Source: Anaerolinea sp. (lineage in GTDB: Bacteria; Chloroflexota; Anaerolineae; Promineifilales; Promineifilaceae). From it: a DNA stretch of 64,000 bases. Below, one piece after another: positions 54,044 to 62,155 of this stretch (positions are counted from its first letter, which is position 1; each line of letters opens with the position of its first letter). The stretch lies in contig JACSRF010000600.1 in assembly GCA_014879875.1 (NCBI GenBank), positions 3,005 through 67,004 on the forward strand, read 5' to 3'. The notes under the pieces are model-generated. The model made no database searches. It was not told the DNA's origin and saw nothing but the letters and a program-made list of their open reading frames with translations. The translations under genes were made by a program, and so were the position numbers.

Positions 54044-54592
54044 CTACGCCACTCCTGGGATCAATCCCAGCGATTCCAGTTTATCAATGATAATCTGCGC
54101 GCTCTCGGCCACACTTTCCTGGTCTGTGCGCACGTGAATGTCAGGGGTCAGCGGCGCCTCAAATGGATCGGAGATGCCCGTGAAGTTGGGGATTTCACCG
54201 GCAATCGCTTTTTGATACAACCCTTTCACGTCACGCGCCATGACCACATCTAGCGGCGCGTCTACAAAAGCTTCTAAAAAATTAGTCGTTTGCGCCCGCA
54301 CCATATCCCGTACTGCCTGGTAAGGTGAAATGAAAGAGCAGATGACGCCCACCTCATTGCGCGACAGCAATTTGGCGACAAAGGTAACTCGTTCAATGTT
54401 TTTATCCCGGTCTTCTTTAGAAAAGCCTAAATCCCGCGTCAGGCTTTCGCGCACCACATCGCCATCTAGCCGTTCAATTCGCAGTCCGCGCCCTTTTAAT
54501 TCCTGTTCCAACACCAGGGCAATGGTTGTTTTACCGGCGCCGGATAACCCGGTCATCCAGACGACGAAACCTTGTTGTTTTGTTTCTTGCAT
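54044..54592 (-). CDS. cysC: adenylylsulfate kinase
   Basis: 182 aa. VWMTGLSGAGKTT, LDGDVVR. Confidence 0.9.
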   Translation of the reverse strand: MQETKQQGFVVWMTGLSGAGKTTIALVLEQELKGRGLRIERLDGDVVRESLTRDLGFSKEDRDKNIERVTFVAKLLSRNEVGVICSFISPYQAVRDMVRAQTTNFLEAFVDAPLDVVMARDVKGLYQKAIAGEIPNFTGISDPFEAPLTPDIHVRTDQESVAESAQIIIDKLESLGLIPGVA

Positions 54593-54597
54593 GTTTG

Positions 54598-56319
54598 TTA
54601 TCCTTCTATAGTCTCCGTTTTCAAAAATCCTTGGTCAACCAGCAGATCAATGATTTGACGCGCATTTTCCTCTGGCGTCTGCGCCAGCGTGGTCAGTCGT
54701 ATCTCTGGAAATTGTGGAACTTCATACGGGTCATCAATTCCGGTAAACGCGCGAATCTCGCCGCGACGGGCGCGGGCATAAAGCCCCTTCGTGTCACGCT
54801 GTTCGCAAATGTGGATTGGCGTGTCCACAAACACTTCCACGTAATGTTCCTGCCCGACCATATTGCGCACATCATTGCGGGTGGCACGATATGGGCTAAC
54901 GGCCGCGCACACAACGACGCCGCCATGCCGTACAATCTCCCCAGCCACGTAGCCCATGCGCCGCACATGGCTGTCGCGGTCCTCCTTGCTGTAGCCCAAC
55001 CCTTCGGAAAAATGGGTGCGCACCACATCACCGTCGAGCAGGGTTACATTACGGCCGTATTCCTGCAATAACATCGTCAACACATTGGCCGTCGTAGACT
55101 TGCCCGCATTATGCAGCCCCGTAAACCAGACGCATACGCCCTGGCGGTGACGTGGCGGGTACGTCTCGGCCAGAATTTCGGCGACTTCTGGGCGGGTAAA
55201 CCAGCCCGGCAACTGCCTTCCTTTTTGCAAATATTCCTCGCGCACCTGTGTTCCTGAAATGGAAGCAGTGCGGATATCTTCCGTAATGTTGGTTATTTCT
55301 TCGTACCGGTCTTCTTCTGGTAAGTAGACCAACATCTGGAAAGGAACCACCCCTACCCCCAATTCATCGCTAAACCGTTCCACCATCTCTTGCGCGGCGT
55401 ATGGGCCATAAAAAGGTTTGCCGGAGAAATCTTTTCCTGGACCGGCATGGTCGCGCCCCACAATGAGATAGTTAGCGCCATAGTTGCGCCGAATGAGCGC
55501 GTGCCACAACGCTTCACGCGGCCCGGCCATGTGCATGGCCAGAGGGAGGAGGGAGAGGAGGATACGGCCGTTATCATAATACCGCTGCGCCAACGCCTTG
55601 TAGGTGCGCACCCGTGTAAAATAATCCACGTCGCCCGGTTTTGTCAGCCCGACAACCGGGTGCAGCAGCAGCACCCCATCCTTTTCCTGCACAGCGCGTT
55701 TCGTCAGTTCCTCATGGACGCGATGCAGCGGGTTGCGCGTTTGAAAAGCAATGACATTGTGATGCCCAAACTGTTGCAGCCGTATCCGCGTTTCCGCCGG
55801 CGTCAGGCGCAGCTCCTTGAAATCATAATGGGTTGGCAAGTTTAATACGTGCAGCGGCCCAGAGATGTGATATTTGCCCCAGCGGTGCATTTCAGTCACC
55901 AATGGATGGCGTAAATCTTGCGTGCCATACACTTTAGCGGCCGCCTCGGTCAGATTCCAGGTGTATTTTTCTTCAACCTGCATCAGCGCCAACAATTCGT
56001 TTTGCGGATCACGCAGGGCAATCTCCATGCCCACAGCAATGTCATCGTCATCGTCCACTGTCAGCACAACAGGCAGCGGGAAAATAATCCCATTCGCCAG
56101 CCGCATCTGGTCCAACACCTGTTGATAGTCGGCCTGCCCCATGAACCGATCCAGCGGGGAAAAAGCGCCGGTCGCCAGCAGTTCCAGATCGCACACCTGC
56201 CGCTCGGTTAAACGAATGGAGGGAGCGCGATTAGCGCGGGCGGTTAACGCGGCCAACAAATCGTGCTGGACGCATAAATCAATCAACTGCCCACCATAGG
56301 GAGGGATGAGCGTTGTCAT
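54598..56319 (-). CDS. sat: bifunctional sulfate adenylyltransferase / APS-kinase-like protein
   Basis: The ATP-sulfurylase core has FQTRNPLHRVHE and VGRDHAG. The C-terminal domain has VWFTGLHNAGKST and LDGDVVR. I chose ATG 56319, overlapping the upstream stop as ATGA. Confidence 0.9.
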   Translation of the reverse strand: MTTLIPPYGGQLIDLCVQHDLLAALTARANRAPSIRLTERQVCDLELLATGAFSPLDRFMGQADYQQVLDQMRLANGIIFPLPVVLTVDDDDDIAVGMEIALRDPQNELLALMQVEEKYTWNLTEAAAKVYGTQDLRHPLVTEMHRWGKYHISGPLHVLNLPTHYDFKELRLTPAETRIRLQQFGHHNVIAFQTRNPLHRVHEELTKRAVQEKDGVLLLHPVVGLTKPGDVDYFTRVRTYKALAQRYYDNGRILLSLLPLAMHMAGPREALWHALIRRNYGANYLIVGRDHAGPGKDFSGKPFYGPYAAQEMVERFSDELGVGVVPFQMLVYLPEEDRYEEITNITEDIRTASISGTQVREEYLQKGRQLPGWFTRPEVAEILAETYPPRHRQGVCVWFTGLHNAGKSTTANVLTMLLQEYGRNVTLLDGDVVRTHFSEGLGYSKEDRDSHVRRMGYVAGEIVRHGGVVVCAAVSPYRATRNDVRNMVGQEHYVEVFVDTPIHICEQRDTKGLYARARRGEIRAFTGIDDPYEVPQFPEIRLTTLAQTPEENARQIIDLLVDQGFLKTETIEG

Positions 56320-57143
56320 TTGCGTACCGTCCATTTGTACCAAAGGATGCCGATCAGCGCCGCTGCTGCGCCGCCAACGATGGAGGAGATCAGGTTGACC
56401 AGGTCGTTATTCAGCCAGAACCAGCCGCGTAACGGCCGTGTCGCCGTGCCACATTTATGAATTTTACGCTCTGTATCTTTCTGGCAGGTGTCGCAGTAGT
56501 AGATTTGCTGAATGGTCGCCCCCATCAGGCTGTCGGTCAGGCTGCCAATCAACCCGCCCATGGCCCCGGCCAACGCCACCCGACCAAGCATTTTTTCATC
56601 GCGTGTTTGTTGCAGCAATCCAGCCACCAGCCCGATGAGCAGACCGCCGGCAAAGGAAACGGCCGTGCCCAACCACGACACCCCGCCCGACGTACCTACC
56701 TCCACCACCTGGCCGGTGGTAATGAGGCGCGGTGGATTTTTGCTCAATGTGCCCAATTCAGTCGCCCAGGTATCGGCCGTCACCGTTGCCATCACGCCAA
56801 CGAATAGGAAGAACCAGATGGGCGAGGGAAACAGCGCACTGAGCACAGCCAGACCCGCTCCCAACCCGCCATTGGCCAGCACTTGCCCCATGTCGCGCCG
56901 GTGTCCTTTTTCAAACTTTTCGGCGGCCGCGCGTTTTTCCGCCTCCTTAAAGTGGGAGAGCAGGCTGGAACTGACAAAAAAAATCGCCAGCAGCGCCCCC
57001 CATACCCAACCCCCTAGCCCAAACGTTAGCGTCCCCACCACCAGCGCGCCCGCTGCGCCCGATTTTGACAGTGACCCGCGCCACAGCGCCAGCCCGGCAA
57101 TCAGGCTGCTTAACCCGATGGCAATTGCTAAACTTTGCACCAT
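56316..57143 (-). CDS. DUF92/TMEM19-family integral membrane protein
   Basis: 275 aa. Gly-rich polytopic pattern typical of DUF92, with a Cys-containing insert YYCDTCQKDTERKIHKCG near the C-terminus. Confidence 0.7.
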   Translation of the reverse strand: MVQSLAIAIGLSSLIAGLALWRGSLSKSGAAGALVVGTLTFGLGGWVWGALLAIFFVSSSLLSHFKEAEKRAAAEKFEKGHRRDMGQVLANGGLGAGLAVLSALFPSPIWFFLFVGVMATVTADTWATELGTLSKNPPRLITTGQVVEVGTSGGVSWLGTAVSFAGGLLIGLVAGLLQQTRDEKMLGRVALAGAMGGLIGSLTDSLMGATIQQIYYCDTCQKDTERKIHKCGTATRPLRGWFWLNNDLVNLISSIVGGAAAALIGILWYKWTVRK

Positions 57144-57781
57144 ACGTCTTCCTTGAAGATAGCGAGGATTAAAAGATGATGGGATTAAGAAAAATCCCCC
57201 AATCCCTTAATCCCCGCATGTCGTTTATCTATGAAGCGAGAGCAATTTGCTCGCCCAGTAGCGAGCAAGTTTACCAAACGCCCCGGCAATTGGCGACACA
57301 ACGACCGCCCCTTTCAACCGACGCCCGGATTTGCAGTAGGGTGGCAGGAATTCCAATTATGCCTTGTTCACTGGGAATGAATTCCCAGGCTGAGGCAAAA
57401 AACGTGCTGAAGCACGTTAGGGCGACACCCCCCAACCCGTTTTAACGGGTTTTGTGTCTCAGACGCCGGTTTCAACCGTGTCAATAGCGCACAAGTTCCA
57501 TCATTAGAATTGCTGGTAGGGTGATCGTCGGTTTACGATTTCACGTTTTTTTTGTACAATCTCGCCCTAAATAGCTCGTTATCATTGTGCAAGTTATCCA
57601 ATAAATTGAAGGACATGACACCTGATAGGCTTGACGCATGACACATGTCACATGACATGCGCCACAGAATGCGGCACACTGTATGAGCAAGCAGTCTTCT
57701 GGGCGAACATGTCTGTGATCACCCACAATGACAGCAAGCAATCACTTAAAAAATCACACTAATTTTGGAGAGAAACTTCCC

Positions 57782-59032
57782 ATGGCTGAAAATTTGAATC
57801 CTTTTGCAATTGCGCAGGCGCAGCTCGATGAAGCTGCTGAAGTATTAGGACTAGACCCCGACATGCACGCCTTTCTACGGCGGCCCCAGCGGGAATTCCA
57901 CTTCTCGATTCCCGTGAAGATGGATGATGGCACAACAAAAACGTTTCAGGGCTTCCGCGTGCAGTACAATGACGCGCGCGGCCCGGCCAAAGGTGGCATT
58001 CGCTTCCACCCCGATGAGACCATAGATACGGTGCGTGCGTTGGCGGCGTGGATGACCTGGAAAACGGCCGTTGCCGACATCCCCCTCGGTGGCGGCAAAG
58101 GCGGCGTCATTTGCAACCCACGTGAACTATCTACCGGCGAACTAGAACGGCTCAGCCGTGGCTACATGCGCAACATCGCCCGTTACGTCGGCCTCTTCCA
58201 GGACTCGCCCGCCCCCGACGTCAACACCAACCCCCAAATCATGGCCTGGATGCTGGATGAATATGAAACCATCATGGGGCATCGGGAACCGGGAACCATC
58301 ACCGGCAAACCATTAGCTTTAGGTGGTTCCGCCGGCCGGGGTCCGGCGACGGCCATGGGCGGCATGTACACCATCCGCGAAGCAGCCAAAGTATTAGGGA
58401 TTGAGTTGAAAGGAGCGACGGCGGCCATCCAGGGCTTTGGCAACGTCGGCTCTTTTGCCGCCAAGCTGGCGCAAGAAATGTTTGGCATCAAGGTCATTGC
58501 CCTCAGCGATGAATTCGGCGGCATCTACAATGCCAATGGGTTCGATTACCACGAAGTGGCGGCGCACATGGCGAAAACGGGCAAGGTCATTGACTTCCCC
58601 GGCAGCGTCCCCATCTCCAACAAAGATTTGCTAGAATTAGGCGTGGATATCCTGATTCCGGCAGCCATTGAGAACCAATTGACCTCGGCCAATGCGGAAA
58701 ATATCAAAGCGAAGATCATTGCCGAATTGGCCAACGGCCCCACAACGCCAGACGCCGACAACGTCTTTGAGCGCAAGGGCATTTATGTCATCCCCGACTT
58801 CCTGTGCAACGCGGGCGGCGTCACCGTCTCTTACTTTGAAATGGTGCAAAATGCCTACCAGTATTACTGGACAGAAGAGATGGTCAATCAACGCCTGGAC
58901 GAGAAGATGACCCATGCGTTCCACGCCGTCCACAACATGGCGCAGCAGAAAAAGGTGTACACCCGTGTGGCCGCTTACCTGGTTTCGGTGAGCCGGGTAG
59001 CCGAAGCGGTGCGTCTGCGCGGTTGGGTATAA
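57782..59032 (+). CDS. gdhA: NAD(P)-specific glutamate dehydrogenase
   Basis: MAENLNPF... start after GGAGAG. GGGKGG catalytic-Lys region, GFGNVG dinucleotide motif. Confidence 0.92.
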   Translation: MAENLNPFAIAQAQLDEAAEVLGLDPDMHAFLRRPQREFHFSIPVKMDDGTTKTFQGFRVQYNDARGPAKGGIRFHPDETIDTVRALAAWMTWKTAVADIPLGGGKGGVICNPRELSTGELERLSRGYMRNIARYVGLFQDSPAPDVNTNPQIMAWMLDEYETIMGHREPGTITGKPLALGGSAGRGPATAMGGMYTIREAAKVLGIELKGATAAIQGFGNVGSFAAKLAQEMFGIKVIALSDEFGGIYNANGFDYHEVAAHMAKTGKVIDFPGSVPISNKDLLELGVDILIPAAIENQLTSANAENIKAKIIAELANGPTTPDADNVFERKGIYVIPDFLCNAGGVTVSYFEMVQNAYQYYWTEEMVNQRLDEKMTHAFHAVHNMAQQKKVYTRVAAYLVSVSRVAEAVRLRGWV

Positions 59033-59086
59033 GCTGGTAGTAACAGCGAACGCTGTGGCCGATCCCCTGACCGCGCCGCAGCAGAT

Positions 59087-59126
59087 AGACCTGACAGACC
59101 CGGCGAGACCTGTCAGGTCTTTTTTA
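59087..59126 (+). terminator. rho-independent terminator (GACCTGTCAGGTC hairpin family)
   Basis: AGACCTGACAG (59087-59097) pairs with CTGTCAGGTCT (59110-59120), then TTTTTT. Confidence 0.85.
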
Positions 59127-59271
59127 CTTGCGAAAATAGAACATTTATGCTATAAATCTGGTGAAAAACAATATCGAAAACAGCTTTTGTTGACAGGAAA
59201 AATGTGTTACCATTGCCCCATCGTGCATAACATCCCAACCATTTATCACACAACATATAAAGGAGTGGCTC

Positions 59272-59700
59272 ATGTATCAAAAGATCATCATTGTGGGAAA
59301 TCTGGGGCGAGACCCGGAGATGCGTTACATGCCGGATGGAACGGCCGTTACCAATTTCAACCTGGCATCTTCGCGACGTTGGACTGGCGCTGATGGGCAG
59401 TCCCGTGAGGAAACAACCTGGTTTCGGATAGAGGTTTGGCGTAAACAAGCCGAGACAGCAAACCAATATCTGAACAAAGGCAGCAAGGTGCTGGTTGAAG
59501 GACGTATTAAACCCGATCCAAACACCGGGGGACCGCGCCTGTGGACGCGCCAGGACGGTACGGTTGGCGCCAGTTTCGAGGTCGTTGCCGATACGGTTCG
59601 TTTCCTGACCCCCAAAGGCGGCGAAGGCAGCTATGCCGGTGGCGGCGATTATAGCGAGGAAGGCGCGCCAGCCCACGAAGAAGACGACATCCCGTTCTAG
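59272..59700 (+). CDS. ssb: single-stranded DNA-binding protein
   Basis: 142 aa. An OB-fold N-terminus (MYQKIIIVGNLGRDPEMRY), a Gly-rich linker, and the acidic tip EEDDIPF. Confidence 0.93.
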   Translation: MYQKIIIVGNLGRDPEMRYMPDGTAVTNFNLASSRRWTGADGQSREETTWFRIEVWRKQAETANQYLNKGSKVLVEGRIKPDPNTGGPRLWTRQDGTVGASFEVVADTVRFLTPKGGEGSYAGGGDYSEEGAPAHEEDDIPF

Positions 59701-59925
59701 TCTAAGTCAAAGTCATTGGTTGGTTAGTGGGTTCGTTTACCTGCTAACCAACCAACACTTCCCTGTTCGTAACCGTTCACTCCCCGCCAGTTGAGCGTTC
59801 GACTTAGCTCACGCCGAAGCCTTGTCAAAACCGGCGGGGAGTGAATGATTACGTCTCCTCTAACAACCCCCGACCTTCAACAAGTGCGACTTTCTCTTGC
59901 GACGTTTTTGCGACGATAGCTTGCT

Positions 59926-60180
59926 ATGATGCGGCGCATGGTAAGCGATACCGGCAAGTTACGGCAGCCAACTCATTACCAGGCTTACCTGGTTCGTTTG
60001 TGGCGGGAGAATGAGACTGCGCCCTGGCGGGTGATGGTAACGGATGTACCGACGGGGGCGCAGCGCCATTTCGCCAGCCTGGATGCCTGTTTTGTGTTTA
60101 TACAAAGAGATCTGGACACGGCCGTTATCGCCAAAGAAACAGATCGGGAATTCAAGGACGGGAAGAACCCAACCACATAA
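59926..60180 (+). CDS. small hypothetical protein (YLVRLWRE...WR...TG...FASL type)
   Basis: 84-aa ORF. The pattern HYQAYLVRLWRENETAPWRVMVTDVPTGAQRHFASLDACFVFI is one I recall as a recurrent small-protein family in Chloroflexota, cyanobacteria and actinobacteria. Confidence 0.5.
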   Translation: MMRRMVSDTGKLRQPTHYQAYLVRLWRENETAPWRVMVTDVPTGAQRHFASLDACFVFIQRDLDTAVIAKETDREFKDGKNPTT

Positions 60181-60190
60181 GGAGCGTGTT

Positions 60191-62077
60191 ATGAAACAAA
60201 TAGGAATCGTATTTACTTTACTCACCATTGTCGGGTTTGCGGCCCTGGGGTTGGTCTGGCCCAGTCAGGCCGCGCCCACGCAAAACATCATCATTGTCAC
60301 CATCACCGACGACGCCGAATGGCCGGATGGCTTTTGTTCGCTGCGCGAGGCGCTGCACAACGCCAATAACAACATGCAGATATTCAACGGTGAAGGAGAA
60401 TGCGCCGCCGGTTCCGCCAGCGAGACCGATGTCATTCGGCTTACCAGCGGCGAGACCTATTCCCTGACCCTGCCCGGCAATGGGGATGACGAAGGGGATT
60501 TGGATATTCTAAACAATAGTCTGCCGCTTGACCTGCGCATTGACGCGGATGGGGCCGTCGCGGCCACCATCAACATGACCATCGCCGGCCAACGGGTGAT
60601 GGAGATTCATGGCGCAGTAGTGGAAATAGACAACGTGACCATAAGCGGCGGCGTTCACCCCGATGCTGGCGGCGGCATCCTGAACAATGGCGGCGCACTG
60701 ACCCTGACGAACGTGAGCCTGCAAAACAACAGCGCCAATTCGGGGGGCGGCCTTTACAATGACAACGGTACGGTTCTGGTCGGCGATAACACGCAGATCG
60801 TCCTCAACACAGGCGCATTGGGCGGCGGTGGCATCTTCAACAGTGGCGTGCTGACCGTTAGCAACAGCATGGTTCGGGCCAATAACAGTTCCGGTGGGTC
60901 TGGCGGCGGCATTTACAATGGTGGCGGGACGCTGGTTGTGCAAGAAAACAGCGCCGTTAATTTGAACACGGCCGCTTTCGATGGCGGCGGTATCTACCTG
61001 ACCAACGACACCGTTTCGGCCCACATTCAGCACAGCATGGTGGATGGCAACCAGGCCGACAACGATGGCGGCGGCATCTATTTTGCATCATTGTCTTACG
61101 AGAAGCTGCTGCTGGAACACAGCCAGATCAACGGCAATACGGCCGGGCAAAATGGCGGCGGCGCCTGGGTCGCCGCCCAGATAAACCACACACAAATTAA
61201 TGACAACAGCGCGGCTAACATTGGCGGTGGACTGTACACCTCTGGCAGCTTTTTCTTGCATGACGTCGCCGTGCGCGGGAACACGGCCGTTTCTGGCGGC
61301 GGTTTGGGCGGTGGTCAGGTTTATGCGACACAGCTTATTGTGGCCGAAAATGAAGCCGATCAGCGCGGTGGTGGTTTATACGTCTCATATGTAGAACTGC
61401 AAGATAGCCAGGTTATCAGCAACACGGCCGGAACCGATGGTGGCGGCCTCTATTCAGACAACAACATATTCGTCAATAATGCCGCCCGTCTGGAACGCGT
61501 ACTGGTAGCCCACAACAACGCGACCAATGGCGGCGGCGTCTGGGCGGGCCGGCGCATGACTCTGGGCAATGTCACCATCAGCAGCAACGGCGCCCAGGCC
61601 GATGGCGGCGGCCTGTACATTGACGCCAGCGGTATCGTCACCGCTACCAACGTCACCCTGGCCATCAACATGCCCGGCGTAGATTTGTACAAAGAGGGCG
61701 AGATGACGCTGCAAAACAGCATTATCAGCAATCTAGACCAGCCTAACTGCGCGCTGATTGCCACGCCCATTAACTCCCTCGGCAACAACCTCTCTGATGA
61801 TAATTCTTGCCAGGGGCTGGACGAGCCAACGGACATCGTTGATCCAGACACGCTGCTTGGTCCACTGGCGAATAACGGCAGTAACACGCCAACCCACGCC
61901 CTGCTGGATGGCAGCCCAGCCATTGACAGTGGCGATGACGCTGCCTGCGCCGAGCCATTGGTCAATGGCGTGGATCAGCGCGGTCTGCCCCGTCCTTATG
62001 GCGACGCCTGCGACATAGGCGCACATGAGGAGCAGCCCCCCTACCGTCTCTATTTGCCGGTTGTGATACGGCCGTAA
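60191..62077 (+). CDS. secreted parallel beta-helix repeat protein (choice-of-anchor-Q-like / PMP-repeat-like)
   Basis: MKQIGIVFTLLTIVGFAALGLVWPSQA signal peptide after AAGGAG. DGFCSLREALHNANNN motif. Many GGG(I/L)Y(N/S) beta-helix turns. The C-terminus is ...GAHEEQPPYRLYLPVVIRP. Confidence 0.85.
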   Translation: MKQIGIVFTLLTIVGFAALGLVWPSQAAPTQNIIIVTITDDAEWPDGFCSLREALHNANNNMQIFNGEGECAAGSASETDVIRLTSGETYSLTLPGNGDDEGDLDILNNSLPLDLRIDADGAVAATINMTIAGQRVMEIHGAVVEIDNVTISGGVHPDAGGGILNNGGALTLTNVSLQNNSANSGGGLYNDNGTVLVGDNTQIVLNTGALGGGGIFNSGVLTVSNSMVRANNSSGGSGGGIYNGGGTLVVQENSAVNLNTAAFDGGGIYLTNDTVSAHIQHSMVDGNQADNDGGGIYFASLSYEKLLLEHSQINGNTAGQNGGGAWVAAQINHTQINDNSAANIGGGLYTSGSFFLHDVAVRGNTAVSGGGLGGGQVYATQLIVAENEADQRGGGLYVSYVELQDSQVISNTAGTDGGGLYSDNNIFVNNAARLERVLVAHNNATNGGGVWAGRRMTLGNVTISSNGAQADGGGLYIDASGIVTATNVTLAINMPGVDLYKEGEMTLQNSIISNLDQPNCALIATPINSLGNNLSDDNSCQGLDEPTDIVDPDTLLGPLANNGSNTPTHALLDGSPAIDSGDDAACAEPLVNGVDQRGLPRPYGDACDIGAHEEQPPYRLYLPVVIRP

Positions 62078-62150
62078 TCGGTAAACCGTAAACCGTGAAC
62101 CGTGAACCGTGAACCGTATTCCATAAACGGAACACGGTTTACGGTTCACG
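62072..62150. repeat. heptamer-periodic inverted array filling a convergent intergenic spacer
   Basis: CCGTAAT CGGTAAA CCGTAAA CCGTGAA x3 CCGTATT CCATAAA CGGAACA CGGTTTA CGGTTCA. The left and right halves are in opposite orientation, giving an imperfect long hairpin. Confidence 0.9.
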
Positions 62151-62155
62151 ATCTA

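Noticed and set aside
57176-57445. 89-aa ORF (and 57541..57741 minus) in the gdhA upstream region
   Set aside because: No RBS and odd composition. The ORF is interrupted by palindromic mini-hairpins. The region is treated as non-coding.
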